The notes below the pieces were generated by a model. It worked only from the letters and a program-made list of their open reading frames with translations, was not told the origin of the DNA and searched no databases. DNA of 64,000 bases from the human T2T-CHM13v2.0 reference genome, Homo sapiens, in assembly GCF_009914755.1 (NCBI RefSeq), contig NC_060926.1; one strand, given 5' to 3'. Within the stretch, counting starts at the first letter, position 1, and every line of letters starts with the position of its first letter. Position numbers and translations under genes: made by a program. This document shows, in pieces, positions 15,406 through 31,200 of the stretch.

Positions 15406-16404
15406 TACTTAAGTGGTCCAAGAATTCATACCTAAGAGGGGGCAGAGTCTGCATTTAAACTCAATTTGATTTCAGAGTCCAGGCTTTGACTGCTACACTA
15501 ATTTACTTCTCTTATTTCTTCCAATGAAAAAGGTTCTCAGATGAACGTGAATAATCATGGCATTATACCTGAACAAATTAAAATATGTTAGGATAATAAA
15601 ATGAGTAATATGAGCTTAGAGATTTGGTAGTGATATTATCTAAGCAAAATGTTCATCGTGCTCTTAATACCTACATTTTATAATTAACATTCTTTATAGG
15701 TATATTTGTGCATAATTTATCTTCCAATAACTAAAAAAAGAAATATTTCAGGGGCTCAAATGACTTTCATATATTACTATTGTCTGTCAATTTAAATTAA
15801 TTGCATTAATTTATTAATCTTGATTCTTTTTTTAAGAGTACAACTACCTGTGCTTAAATTTATTTTTATGATTTAATAAGTTGTTACCTGAGTAAAAAAC
15901 ATTCAATGACATAGGATTCGGGCCTAGAAGATTTTTTTTCTTACTTTCTGCTTTAGCTGCTCATCTTCAACTGTCAACACAATCCAATCTTTACCAGCAC
16001 CGTTAGAATTGACATTGGAATCTGCAGCAGTATTTGTCTTAATCCAATATTTGTCTCATTGCCAGTTCTTACTCTCAGTATTTACCTTATTCCCGAGTGT
16101 TTTAATTTTTGTATTTGTTATGCCTTTTCTTCTCCCAAAGACTCATCTTATCAGGTTTTCTCTCATTGCATCTGTAAATGACGGTGCAGTGTATGCATGT
16201 GTAATGCAGGACATTGCAAAGTTCCAAATAGAGACTAGATGAGCTCAGCAGGTGAATTCCAAATTACCAAGCCATTGCTCTCAACTTTCATAAATTTAAG
16301 CAGCAGTGACAAATAGTCACTGCTATGGGCTTGGCTAGACTTCAGGCCTGGAGGAAAATAATGTAATTATTAATAGATAGTCAATTATTGCAGCATTAAC
16401 CTTT

Positions 16405-16522
16405 GTCTCCTTCCTTCCTCTCTCTCTCCTTTCTTTCCTCTTTGCTTTCTTCCTTTCTTCCTCCCTCCTTCCCTCGCTCTTTCCCTCCCTGCTTGCCTCC
16501 TTCCTTCCTTCCTTCCTTTCTC
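16405..16522. repeat. (TTCC)n-like polypyrimidine tract
   Basis: Direct reading. Confidence 0.9.
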
Positions 16523-17893
16523 ATTTCTGCTCTTCCCAAATGTGAGGAATATTTGCATGAGAAATTTTATATTGTATTACTTAAACTATGTTAATATAGA
16601 CCAAGAGAAGGGCAAACATATCAAAACTCACACACTTGTACAGTTAGATACAACTCATGGAATGGCAAGATAAAAGAAAGTCTTTATATTATTATATTTC
16701 ATATAATACAATAAAAGCAAGGATACTGGATTTATCATAAAAATAAAATCGTGGAGTAGTCTTCATGGCATAGAACTTTTGATCATGATTTATGCTAAAA
16801 ATTAATTGTAGTAAATATACTTTAATGAATACTGAAACACAAAATAATTTAGTAAATTTGTTCTTACTTTACAAATTGGATTTAATTTCCCTCTCAAAAA
16901 TTAATTGAAAACCACTTTTAATTTGCATAAATAAATGTACCTGGTGTGTGTGTGCATGTGTAAACAATTCTTTTAACTTGATAGGAATGATACAACTGAA
17001 TAGAAAGAAAAAGTAATGATGTAGGAGTGAAAGGGTTGCATTATGGCAGGAGTTGATTTTCTGATAGCCTTAGAAAATGTGTACAGGGAAAGAAGGAAGA
17101 TAAAATCTGTGAATATCTAATCAAGATTATGAGTCTTTCTTTCACTGAAGGTAAGTGTGACTCGTGATGTACGTGCACAGTTAAAATCCACATGCTGAAA
17201 AGGAATAAAGTGATTTTTTTCATATTGTATACTTTATTCAATGAAAAAATAGAATCGATGTACGTAAGCTAAGTCTAACAGCATTGCTGATGTAATTTTT
17301 CTTAAAAAGAGATATTTTTACCTTGTACCAGTGGCAAAATGATGATGAGAACAGAATCTAGCCGGGATGGTCCTGCAGAAGCCCCATGAGGAATGACTCA
17401 GATTTTAAAAAGGTACTCGGGGAGATTTCTATGTCCTTCCAAAGGGAATCCTCTCTACTTAAATCTCCAACACCTCTCCCAATCTCATTTTCAGATGTAT
17501 ATTTCAGTGATAAAATTGAGCCAAATAAAAGAGAACCTTCAGCAACTTATCCGCCTAAGCCATTTGGTGCAAGGAGGTCTGCTCTTCCTGGATTTCTTAA
17601 ACATTTGCATATGTTAGGGCTGTGCTTTCTTCCACTCAGCTTGGGACTGGAGAAGGGATAAGGGAGAAGCACAGTGGATAATCTCCGGCAAACAGGGTTG
17701 ATAGGAAGAGACATATTAAAACACTTCTGTAGTTGAAGGATGAAGAAAAACACTGAATGATGTGCTGCAATGTCAAATATTAGATACAGAGAATCTGCAA
17801 TATAAAGGGTAGACCCAAAATGATATATCACACTTGCAACTTATCTGGAGATTGAGAAAGCAGTGGTTCTTGGTCATTCTTATGAAAACTTTG

Positions 17894-18179
17894 GTCCAGA
17901 TGTGGTGACTCACGCCTGCAATCCCAGCACTTTGTGGGTCCAAGGCGGGCAGATCGCTTGAGGTCAGGAGTTCAAGACAAGCCTGGCCAAAATGGCGAAA
18001 CACCATCTCTACTAAAAATACAAAAATTAGCCAGGTGTGATGGCACATGCCTGTAATCCCAGCTACTCAGGAGACTGAGGCATGAGAATTGCTTGAACCT
18101 GGGAGTGGGAGGTTACAGTGAACTGAGATAGTGCCACTGCACTCCAGCCTGGGGGACAGAGCAAGACTCCATCTCAAAA

Positions 18180-18210
<31 letters not shown>

Positions 18211-18214
18211 CACG
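17894..18214 (+). mobile_element. AluS (Sx/Sz-like) with A-tail grading into a (CA)n microsatellite
   Basis: Full dimeric Alu with middle A-rich linker. 'aactttg' occurs on both flanks as a TSD remnant. Confidence 0.95.
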
Positions 18215-18552
18215 CAAAAGAACTTTGTATTTCATTGAGCATACTTCTGGGTCCTACATGTATTACTTATACCAATAGTTGAGAAGCTATATTAGGAAAT
18301 TAGTCACCAGATGTTTGGATTGTGATCTCTATCAGCTAAAATGAAATTTGGAGTACATTTTATAAACTTATTTATCATCTATTACAATATTAAACACATA
18401 TCTATATTATAGAACATACACAAATAAAATATGAAAGAGAGTAGAACACTATTGCTTGACTGTTTGCTCTCCAGTGATGGACTTCCTGTCATCATGTATT
18501 GCTACCTTAAGAAGGTGCATACCTGACTTTGGAGACCACTACTTTAAAGCAA

Positions 18553-19014
18553 GCATCAGCAAAGTACAGGTCGATTGGCAAATCTCGCCTGCCACTTGAT
18601 TTTTGTACTGTTCACTAGGTCAAAATGCTTTTTGCATTTCAAAAAGTTTTGGCCATCGTTGGTGGTGCAGGTCTGTTGTCTCAGCTATTTGGGAAGCTGA
18701 GGTGAGAGGTTCTTTTAAGCCCCAGAGTTGGAGGCCAGCCTGGAAAAAATCATGAGACCCCACTTCTAAAATAAATTTTTTAATGGTCGGAAACAAAAAT
18801 AAAACTATGATTTTATGGCATATAAAAATTAGATGGCATTTTTCAATAAATAAAGTTTTATCGACACAAAGTCACGCTCACTTGTTCGTTTATTTCCTAT
18901 GGTTGCTTTTTGGCAACAATGGTAGAAATGTGTAGCTGTGACAGAGAAGGTGTGGCCCACAGAGCCTTAAGTATTTACTATATGACTCTTTACAGCAAAA
19001 GTTTGCTAACCCCT
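18553..19014. mobile_element. MER58B-like hAT-Charlie DNA transposon, interrupted by a FLAM
   Basis: 'ataaagttttat...cacgctcacttgttc...tgtgacagagaaggtgtggcccac...aaaagtttgctaacccct' are MER58 hallmarks. Confidence 0.85.
18651..18775 (+). mobile_element. FLAM (free left Alu monomer)
   Basis: Single diverged left monomer ending 'gagaccccacttctaaaataaa'. Confidence 0.8.
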
Positions 19015-19148
19015 TATTTAGAGGATAATGCCTTGCTCCATATAAACTCCTCCTCCTCAGATTATACAAACTACCTTTACACTCAAGACCTTTGTTTTCT
19101 CTCTGTCCTTTTCTGTATTCTGGAGTTGACAGTCAAGTCAAATGATTC

Positions 19149-19526
19149 TGATATGGTTTGGCTCTGTGTCTCCACAGAAACCTCATCTTGAATTGTAATC
19201 CTCAATGTTGGGAGAGGGATCTGGTGGGAAGTGACTGAATCATGGTGTGATTTCCCCTTGCTGTTCTTGTCCTAGTGACTGAGTTCTCATGAGATCTGCT
19301 TGTTTAAAAGTGTGTAGCACTTCCCCCTTTGTTCTCTGTCTCTTCCACCCTTGTGAAAATGTGCCTGCTTCCCCTTTGCCTTCTGCCATGATTGTAACTT
19401 TCTGAGGCCTCCCCAGCCATGCTTCCTGTACAACCTGCAGAACTGTGAGTCAGTTAAACCTCTTTTATTCATAAGTTATCCAGTCTCAGGTAGTTCTTTA
19501 TAGCAATGTGGGAACCGATTAATACA
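19149..19526 (+). mobile_element. MSTA-like solo LTR (ERVL-MaLR)
   Basis: tgatatggtttggctctgtgtc...gcttcctgtacaacctgcagaactgtgag...taataca; TG...CA termini. Confidence 0.9.
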
Positions 19527-20510
19527 ATCCTAAAGGTTGATAAAGTGCTCACTGGTGCTCATATGAAATTGGTGTTTTCTTTGAATAAAAATATACAAAA
19601 TGAACCTAGAACAACTAGAAACTGTTATTGATTTTTCGTTCCAACCCCAAAAAGTTACCCACATTGTTCACTCTGTTTCTCTGTGCCTCTTCTCTAACTT
19701 TATCAATGCATCTTCAGATAACTTGTCCTCCATTGATGGACTTTCTTGTCTTCTTGCCGCCCTTTCCTTTGAACAATGGGTAACACCAGAAGATTAAACA
19801 ATTGAATGAGATATGTATTACATAGTTTCCCCCATAGGTTGGCTGAATCCATACATTGGGCATGAGATTATGGAGACATAAGACAAACTTGCAGATTAAC
19901 ATTTCTTTGGATATTTTTGTGTAAAACCCACAAATGTAACACTTTAATTTTATAGTAGATTATTTTTAATATTGCACCAAACTTATTTTTTTAGAATCTA
20001 TTTTTTAATAAATATTTACTGATTTTATACGTGTTTGAGACTGGCAGAGAGTGATCCTTAAGCTACATCTTTACATAATGAAAAGTGCTAAGTATTAATA
20101 TGTAAAATTTGTATTTTCTTTACATTTACTTTAAGTTATTGCCCTCCAAAATCAGGTATGCACCTTCTTAGGGTAGAAATACTTGATGACAGGAAAGCAA
20201 TCACTGGAGAGCAAACAGTCATGCATAGTGTTCTACTCCCTTTCATATTTTATTTGTGTATGCTTTATAACATAAATGATAACTTTTCTTCTTTTAGAAT
20301 CTCCTTCTGGACTTCCCTTCTATTGAAAAATGACTCTTTCTTTTCTCTATATCAAAAATCGATAACACAAAAGACTAGAACTTAATTTATATGAACATGT
20401 CTAGATTGTATTTGCATATTGTTATCCGTATAGGTTTCTTGTTATGTTTCATATATTTGGAAAGATAACAAAATGATGAAAAAATTATAATAGATTATAA
20501 AATTATTTGA

Positions 20511-20690
20511 GGCTGGCCATGGTGTTGGGTACCTATAATCTCACCACCTTGGGAGGCCATGTTGGGTGGATTGCTTAGACCCAGGAGTTGAAGGCTGCAG
20601 TGAGCTATGATTGCACCACTGCATTCTAGCCTGGGTGACACAGCAAGACTGTATCTCAAAAAAAAAAAAAAAAAAAGAAAAGAAAAGAAT
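20511..20690 (+). mobile_element. Monomeric Alu (FRAM/FAM or AluJ monomer recombinant) with A-tail
   Basis: One monomer ending 'gctgcagtgagctatgattgcaccactgcattctagcctggg', then poly(A). Confidence 0.85.
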
Positions 20691-21969
20691 TAATTGGTTT
20701 AAAAATACACTTTATGTTCCATATATGTAACATTGCTGATGAATGTAAGGGGCTTACCCTGCCTTTCTTTCCTTGAGAAAGAATATACCATTGATTAATA
20801 GTTCACTAGGTAATGAACACGTCTGCTAACTATGAACTGCTATATATGTTCAACTACTGGGTGAGAAAGTGCTCAACCTAAGATGTCTATATTACATGTC
20901 ACTACTTAGAATAGAGATTTTCTTCTTGGAATAGAATTTTTCTTGAATTGGCTAAAAAAGTCATACACTCCATGCAGCCTTCTGCAGTACCATCTGGAAG
21001 GGAATTAACAATCTGGAAATGGAGTCTGTGGTGGAATCCTTTGCACTTCACTGCTGGTGGACAGCATAGACCAGTTGTATTTTAACAGATGTGCAAAATC
21101 TTTTGCAAGTTGATATTATGCTTTCATGGATTCAAATGAAGTAAGGTACAAAATCTGCTGTACAAAACCAAAGACATGAATCTAAATTCTTTATTTCTAA
21201 TTTTTGTTTAAGTCTTTCATAGTATATTGCATATCCACAATAGATTGCCAATACATTCACATTAATGAAGATATTGACATGTTGTTATGCTAATGACTGT
21301 TTATTGCATTTGTGATAATACCTCCAAGAAATCCAGCAAAGTGACAGCTAAAATACGGAATTAATGTTAAAAAGTATAAGTAGTGAATAACCTAAAATTG
21401 TTTTTAAACCAGATCATTAGATGAAATTTAATCTTTTTAACACAATCATTGCAAAAATTTTTTTAACTAGAATCCTGATATTAAATATATTTTCTAAACC
21501 TGTGGTCTTTGCTTCTTTTCTCAAAAATTTTCTAGCTGCTATCTTAGTTTTCTTTCCTTTCTAGAATATTCCATTACTTCTTGTAGAATGGCTTCTTTCA
21601 AAAATGTTTAAATATACAGAGTTTCTTTACCAATAAAATGTGAAAACAAAATGCTGAAAGAAAACACCAAAATAAGCATCTCAGAATCCAGCCTTCTCCT
21701 GCTTTGGTATAGCCTACTAGTTTGTCTTCATTGGAAATATTTCTCCAATAAGTACTATTTAAAGTAGATGTTTTATCTTAATTTCTATCGTGGAGTTGGA
21801 TCATTCTATTCCTGTGCAGTTAAGATATCCAAACTCTAGAAATATACTTAATTCAGTATAATCCTAAAAACTTGAAATAATCGAATTGGACTGAATATAC
21901 AGGTTATCATTTAAGGATAACTTTATGCTTTTAATACAGTAATCCTATTTCTATAAATCAATCCCATAG

Positions 21970-22333
21970 TGATATGGTTTGGCTGTGCCCCTACCCAAAT
22001 CTCATCTTGAATTGTAGCTCCCATAATACGCATGTGTCATGGGAGGGACCCGGTGAAAGGTAACTGAATCATGGGGTGGATTTTTCCCATGCTGTTCTCA
22101 TAATAGTGAATAAGTCTCATGAGATCTGATGGTTTTATAAGATGCAGTTCCTCTGCACATGCTCTCTTGCCTGCTGCCATGTAAGACATGCCTTTGCTCC
22201 TCCTGCTCTTTCCACCATGATTGAAAGGGCTCACCAGCCTTGTGGACCTTTCAGTCCATTAAACCTCTTTGTCTTTATAAATTGCCCAGTCTCCAGTGTT
22301 TTTTTCACAGCAGCACGAAAACGGAATGATACA
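21970..22333 (+). mobile_element. THE1 (THE1C-like) solo LTR
   Basis: tgatatggtttggctgtg...gataca, with a perfect 5-bp TSD catag at 21965-21969 and 22334-22338. Confidence 0.93.
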
Positions 22334-23054
22334 CATAGTAAAATTAGAATACAAACACCTTCATGCAAAAAATAAGAATTATTCAGAATTCAACTTTAAA
22401 AATTCATTAAATAATCACATATTAATTGTAGAGTATCAGAATAAACATTATAACAATGAAAAATCACTCATGCCAAGTAACTACAGTTCTTTAAGAAATA
22501 TACTTACTTTGGAATTTTTCTTCACACATTTATTTCAAACTGTGTGCATTATTTTATAATGTGCTTCTTTTTTAGGTTACAAAAATTATTCATAAATATA
22601 ATTTTAACTGATTATGTAATATCCCATTATAAGGATTTTCAGAACCTAAACATATTTGTTTACTAGGCTATCATGAGTTGCTTTTAATAGCAAAAGATTG
22701 GACAATACATAATTGCCTTCTATTTAGGTATAGAACAAGCTTTGATATATTTTAACAATGGAATATCATGCAGCCAGTATAAATGGTGAAGTGAGTGAAT
22801 ATTTCTTTTCAAGAAAATAGGTTCACCAATTAGAGTATATTTGTACTATTCTTACCTGTAACTCACATAGTTTCAAATAAAACATCATATGAAAACAAAA
22901 TTGTAGTTTTGTTAACCCGGCTCCTAAATCTAAGCCATAAAATTTATCTAATGTTAAAATTAAGAAAATAAATTTCACAGTAAAATAAATGCTGTTACAT
23001 GTATTGATAAGTGGAGTAGTAAACAGAAAACATCTTGCATTTGCTAGGATTCTT

Positions 23055-24269
<1,215 letters not shown>

Positions 24270-24599
24270 TAAGCAGAACCAAGCAGCAAGCAATTGGCTT
24301 GAAAAATGTTCAGCTAGGCAGCACTGACACTGCTTCTGGGCACACATTAATTTTACCACTCTCTTCCCCTACCACTTCTGAGATTGGAATCTGATCTACA
24401 TCTGGAATAACTGTCACCGATGTGTCTGGAAACTGAATGTCTGCCACTATCGCCAAAGTGGACTCCTGTGAGCTCTACTTCTTCATATCACTAGTGTACC
24501 ATTCGATACTGAACTGAGAACCGTCTGATAGTAATGATTCTTCTACCAGACTGTTCAGTGATAACCAGAATGCATTGAACTTCCACTAGAAAAAGAAAA

Positions 24600-25280
24600 C
24601 AATTTTGCTGAAAATAAATTCATACTCAAAATATAAACTACATGAAATGGCAATCCACCATCAATACATATAACCTGGAAAATTAGTACATCCCAAACTC
24701 TAGGTAGAAGAATATAAAGACCATATAATTTGTTTCATTTTAAATGATAAAAAATAGAAAGCATCGTAAAAAGCAAGATGCTCTGAAAAAAAGAAGAAGA
24801 TACTTTAAAAAATTAAGCCCATATGTAAAAAAGTGTTGTAATAAAAATTAAAAAGTCAATGGGCATGAAAGTCTACACTGACTAGCCAAACATAGGATTA
24901 ACAAATTGGAAAGTAACATGAAGAAAATCTTCAGTTAAACATCCAAAGATAAAAGACATGAGGAAACATGAATGTAAAAAGACATAGAATAAACATGCCA
25001 TATAGACCTAAGAGCATTTGTGATAAAGTAAAGAATATTAAAAAATGAAATGAGATAATAGCCAAAGATAATAAATTAGCATTGATGAAGCTGCGAGTCT
25101 TCATATTTGCAAATCATGAGACTTATGATAAATTTAGACAAGCAAAGTCTTTGTAATAAAACTGTAGAACATTAAGCATAAAGAAGATCTTTAAAAATAC
25201 TAGGAAAAAGTTCAAAGTACTTCTGTAGAGTAACAATCATAGTAGAAAGTGTCTTTATACAACAATAGATACCTTAAGAT
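24600..25280 (+). mobile_element. Ancient L1M ORF1-region fragment, host of the L1PA15/16 insertion; resumes at ~31280
   Basis: A-rich degenerate ORF1-like sequence ('aaagaagatctttaaaaatactagg...aacaatagat'), continuing at 31280 with 'gtgctgagaaaa..tcaatctagaattctatatacc'. Confidence 0.6.
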
Positions 25281-27372
25281 TATTTCAAAATTTCAGTAGT
25301 GAATTTTTTATTTTCAGTTCAGTTTGGTTCTTTCTTTAAATGGGTATGTCATCTTTTAACCCTTGGATTGTTTTACTATTTTTCTTGGATTGGGTTTCAA
25401 CCTTCTCTTGTATTGTGGTGAGTTTCTTACCATCCAGATTCTTAATTCTATGTCTGACATTTTGGCCATTTAAATATGGTTAGAATTAATTGCAGCAGAG
25501 CTAGCATGATCAGTTCTAGGTAAGAAGACACTCTGGGTTTTTGAGTTGCCAGAGTTCTTCTGTTAATTATTTCTCATCTGGGAGAGTGAATGTTCCTTTA
25601 CCCTTTGAAGTTGTTGTCCTTTGAACGGGGCTTTTTGTTTCTATCATTTTTATTGCCTATGAGGGTTTGACTGTGGCATAAGTTTGGTACAGTTGAGTGG
25701 CTTCATTCCCGAGTGCCTTTAGAGGGCAAGGATCAGCCCCACACTCCTGGGCTGTATGTTCTAACCATAGGAGGCTGGTCTAAGTCCACAGCTTTGTCCT
25801 CTAGCTTCTCAAAGTCAAGCCCCATTTGTGCTGGAGGGGCTGAGTTTCTCCCAGATCACTGGCAACTGCACTCCTTAGGATAAGGCAGTAGAGGCATGGG
25901 TGTAAGTGTTCTGGTGGGAAGAATGGGTACCCCACAGGGAGGAGACACTCCAGTGGGGGGTGTCACAAGCAGGAGTTGCTCCAATGGGGGCACCATGGGC
26001 AAGAGATCCTCCAGCAGGGGCAGCAGTGGCACGGCATATGGGAGGCACTCCATCAGGGTTGCTGAAAGCAAGAGGTGCTCTGGTGTAGGGGCACTTGGGC
26101 AGGGGACACTTCTGCATAGGAGCACATAGACTAAGCTAAAGAAAGAATCTCGAGTTTGAAAACTGCTCCTTTGAAGCAACACAGAAAAGCAAAAATAAAG
26201 ATAAAAGAATTTTAAATAATGAACAAAACTTCTGAGAAATAAATGGGATTATGTAGAGACCAAACCTTATTGGCATTTCAGAAAGAGAAGGAGACAGAGC
26301 AAGCAACTTGGAAAACATATATTCCACATATTTTTTCCCAATTTCTAGAAGTCAACATGCAAATTCAAAAAACTCAGAGAACTATGTATGTGAGATAATA
26401 TGTATTAAATAAGATGTCCATCCCCAAGACATAGAGTCTTCAGATTTTCCAAGGTCAACATGAAAGACAAAAATCTTAAAGGCAGCAAGAGAGAAGGGGC
26501 AGGTCATCTACAAAGGGAACCACATCAGGCGAACAGCCGAACTTTCAGCAGAAACCTTACAGGCCAGAAGAGATTTAAGGCCTATTTTTAATATCCTCAT
26601 AGAAAAGAAATTCCAACCGATAATTTTATATCCCCCCAACCTAAGTCTCATAAGAGAAGGAAAAATTAAATCATTTTCAGACAAGCAAATGCTAAGGAAT
26701 TCATTACCACTAAACCTGCCTTACAAAATCTCCTAAAGACAGTGCTAAATATGGAAATGAAAGAACAATAACTGCCACCACAAAATCCTACTTAGGCCTA
26801 TGTCCCATTGACACTATAAAGCAACTATACAATTAAGTCTACATAACAACCAGCTAATATCATAATGATAGGAGCAATTCCTCACATATCAATATTCACT
26901 CTGAATGTAAATGGACTACACATGCCACTTAAGAGACATAGAGTGCCTAGTTAAATAAAGAAGCAAGACCCAACTGCCTGGTGTCTGCAAGAGACCCATC
27001 TCACAACCAACAATACCCATAGGCTCAAAGGACAGGTATAGAGAAAATCTTTTAATCAAATGGAAAACAAAGAAGAGCAAGGGTATATCTTACATCAGAT
27101 AAAGCAGACTTTAAGCCAACAATGATCAAAAAGGGCAAAGAAGAGCATTACATAATAGTAAATGATTCAATCCAATAAGAAGACTTAACTCTCCCAAATA
27201 TATATGCACCCAGCATTAGAGCACCCAGATTCACAAATCTATTCCTTAGAGATCTATTAAGAGATTTAGATAACAATACAATAATACTGGGGGACTTCAA
27301 CATCCCACTGACAGTCCTAGACAGATCACTAAGGCAGAAAAAAACTAAGATATTCTGGATATAAATTTGGTG

Positions 27373-27458
27373 AATAACCAATTAGACCTAATAGAAAACT
27401 GCAGAATATTCCACCAATAACCAATTAGACCTAATACAAAACTGCAGAATATTCCACC
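27373..27458. repeat. 43-bp tandem duplication inside the L1 EN region
   Basis: aataaccaattagacctaata(g/c)aaaactgcagaatattccacc twice, with one mismatch. Confidence 0.92.
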
Positions 27459-27991
27459 AATCAACCACATAATATACATTCTTCTCATCTGCACACAGCA
27501 TATACTCTATGATCAATCACAGGCTCAGCCATAAAGCAAGTCTCAACAAATTAAAAATGAAAAGAAATCATATCATTTATACTCTGAGAATACAGCACAC
27601 ACACAAAATATTATAGAAATCAATACTAAAAAGATCCGTTTAAACCACACAATTACATGGAAGTTAAACAATCTGCTCCTAAATGACTTTTGAGGAAATA
27701 ATGAAATTAAGGAAATTTTAAAAATTCTTTGAAAATAATGAAAACAGCGACACAACATAGCACAATCTCTGGAACACAGCTAGAGCAATATTAAGAGGAA
27801 AGTTTATGACACTAAATGCCTACATCAAGAATTTAGGAAGATTTCAAATTATCAACTAACTGTTGCACCTAGAGGAACTAGAAAAACAAGAAACTAGAAA
27901 AACTCTAAACCTAGCAGAAAAGAAATAACCAAACTCAGACTTGAACTGAACAAAATTGAGATGTGAAAATTCATATAAAGGAGCAATGAAG

Positions 27992-28282
<291 letters not shown>

Positions 28283-31200
28283 GAACAATGAAACAAAAGG
28301 TGGTTCTTCAAAAGGTTAAACAACACTAATAAACCACTAGCTAGATTAATATAAAGAAAAAGAGAAGATCCAAATAAACACAATCAGAAAAGACAAAGAT
28401 GACATTACAACCAACCCCACAGGAACACAAAAAAATCCTCAGAGACTATTATGAACACCTCTAAGCACATAAACTAGAAATCCTAGAAGAAACTGATAAA
28501 TTCCTGGAGACACACAGCCCCCCAAGACTGCACTAGGAACAAATTTAAACCCTGAACAGACCAATAATGAGTTCCAAAATTTAATCAGTAATAAATATCC
28601 TACCAACCAAAAAAAGCCTAGGACCAGATGGATTCACACCCAAATTCTACCAGATGTACAAAGAGCTGGTACCATGCCTTCTGAAACTATTCCAAAAAAA
28701 AATGAGGAGGAGGGACTCCTTCCTAATTTATTCTATGAAGCCAGGATCTTTCTGATACAAAAGCCTGCCAGAGACACAGCAACAACTAAATTTCAGGCCA
28801 ATATCCCTGATAAACATAGACACAAAATTCTTCAATAAAATACTAGGAAACTGAATCCAGTAGCATATCAAAAAGTTAATTCACCATTTTCAAGTAGACT
28901 TTACCTCTAGGATGCAAGGTTGTTTTACCTTACTCAAATCAATAAATGTAATTCACCATACAACCAGAATTAACAACAAAGACCATCTGATCATCTCAAT
29001 AAACACAGAAAAGATCTTCAATAAAATTCAACACCCATTCATGTTAAAAGCCCTCAACAAATGAGGAGTGAAGGAACATACCTCAAAATAATAAGAGCCA
29101 TCAATGACAAATCCACAGCCAACATCCTGCTGAATGAGCAAAATCTGCAAGCATTCCCTTTGAGAACTGGAACAAAACAAGGATACCTACTCTCACCACT
29201 GCTATTTAGCATAGTACTGGAAGTTCTTGCCAGAATAATCAGGCAAGAGAAAGAAACAAAAGGCATCCAAATAGGAATAGAGAAAGTCCAACTATCTCTG
29301 TCCAACTATCATATCATCTCTTTACAGATGATATGACCCTATGCCTAGAAAACCTCATAGACTCTGTCAGATGGCTTCTGGAAGTGACAACCGACTTCAG
29401 TAAAGTTTCAGGATATAAAATCAATGTGCAAACGTTAGTAGCATTTCTATACAGCAATAATGACCAAGCTCAAAGCCAAAACAAAAATACAATATCATTT
29501 AGGATAGCTACAAAAAGAATGAAATACCTAGAAATACAGCTTGCCAAGAAGGTAAAAGATCTCTGCAACAACAATTACAAAACACTGCTGAAAGAAATCA
29601 GAGATGACACAGACAAATGGAAAAACATTCCATGCTCAAGGATAAGAAGAACAATATTGGTACAATGGCCATACTGCTCAAAGTAATCTGCAGATTCAAT
29701 GCTATTTCTATCACAATACCAAAGACATTCTTCAGAGAATTAGAAAAAATCTATTCTGAAATCCCTATGTAAACAAAAAAGAGCCTGAATAGCCAACACA
29801 ATCCAAAGCAAAAAGAACAAAGTCAGAGGAATCACACTACCCAACTTCAAAATATACTAAATGGCTACAGTTTCCAAAATGGCATGTGGCATGGGTACAA
29901 AAATAGACACATAGCCCAATGGAAAAGGATGGAGAACACAGAAATAATGACATCCACCTACAGCCAACTGATCTTTGCAAAGTTGACAATAACAAGCAAT
30001 GGAGAAAGAACTCCCCATTTAATAAACAATGCTGGGACAATTGGCTAGCCATGTGCAGAAGACTGAAACTGGACTCCTTCCATTAACCATATACAAAAAT
30101 TAACTCAAGATGCATTAGAGACTTAAGTATAAGGCCAAAACCAATACAAACCATAGAAGAAAACCTAGGAAATACCATTGTGAACATTGGCCTTGGAAAT
30201 AATTTATGACTAAGTCCCCAAAAGCAATTGCAACAAAAACACAAATTGATAACTAGGTACTAATTAATTTAAGAGCTTCGGCATGGCAAAAGAAACTACT
30301 AACAAAGTAAACAAGCAACCTACAGAATGGGAGGAAGTATTTACAAACTATGCATCCAACAACTGTCTAATATCCAGAATCTATAAGGAAATTTTTAAAA
30401 ATCAACAAGAAACAAATAACCCTATCAAAAATGGGCAAAGAACATGGACAATAACTTCTCAAAGAAGGCATGCATGCAGCCCAAAAATATGAGGAAGTGC
30501 TCATGGTCACTAATCATTAGACAAATACACATCAAAGCCACAGTGAGATACCATCTCACACTAGTCAGAACGCCTATTGCTAAAAAGTCAAAAAGCAATT
30601 GCTGGTGATGCTTCAGAGAAAAGAGAACATTTACACACTGCTGATGGGAATGTACATTAATTCAGCCATTGTGGAAAACACCCCAGAGATTTCTCAAAGA
30701 ACTTAATGCGATTGACCCAGCAATCCCATTATTGGGTATGTATCCAAAGCAAAATAAACAGTTCTACCAAAAAGGCACATGCACCCTATGTTCGTCACAG
30801 AACTATTCACAATAGCAAACACATGGAATCAACCAAGATGCCCATTAGTGGTGGACTGGACAAAGAAAATGTGGTACATATACATCATAGAATACTATGT
30901 AGCCATACAAAGAATGAAATCATGTTCTTTACAACAACATTGATGGACCTGGAGGCCATTATCTTAAGTGAACTAATACAGGAACAGAAAAACCAAATAA
31001 AACCAAATACTTCATGTCCTCACTTATAAGTGGGAGTTAAGCATTGAATATACATGGGCACATAGATAGTAACAAGAGGCACTGTTGTCTGCTTGAAGGG
31101 GGAGTGTGCAAGGGGGGCATGCCTTGGAATCCTACCTGTTGGTACTATGCTCTCTACCTTGGTGACAGGATCATTCATACATCAAGCCTCAGTGACATGC

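Noticed and set aside
25856-26182. Overlapping GC-richer ORFs or a host gene promoter
   Set aside because: They lie in the inverted L1 5'UTR, are CpG-depleted and show no recognisable protein family.
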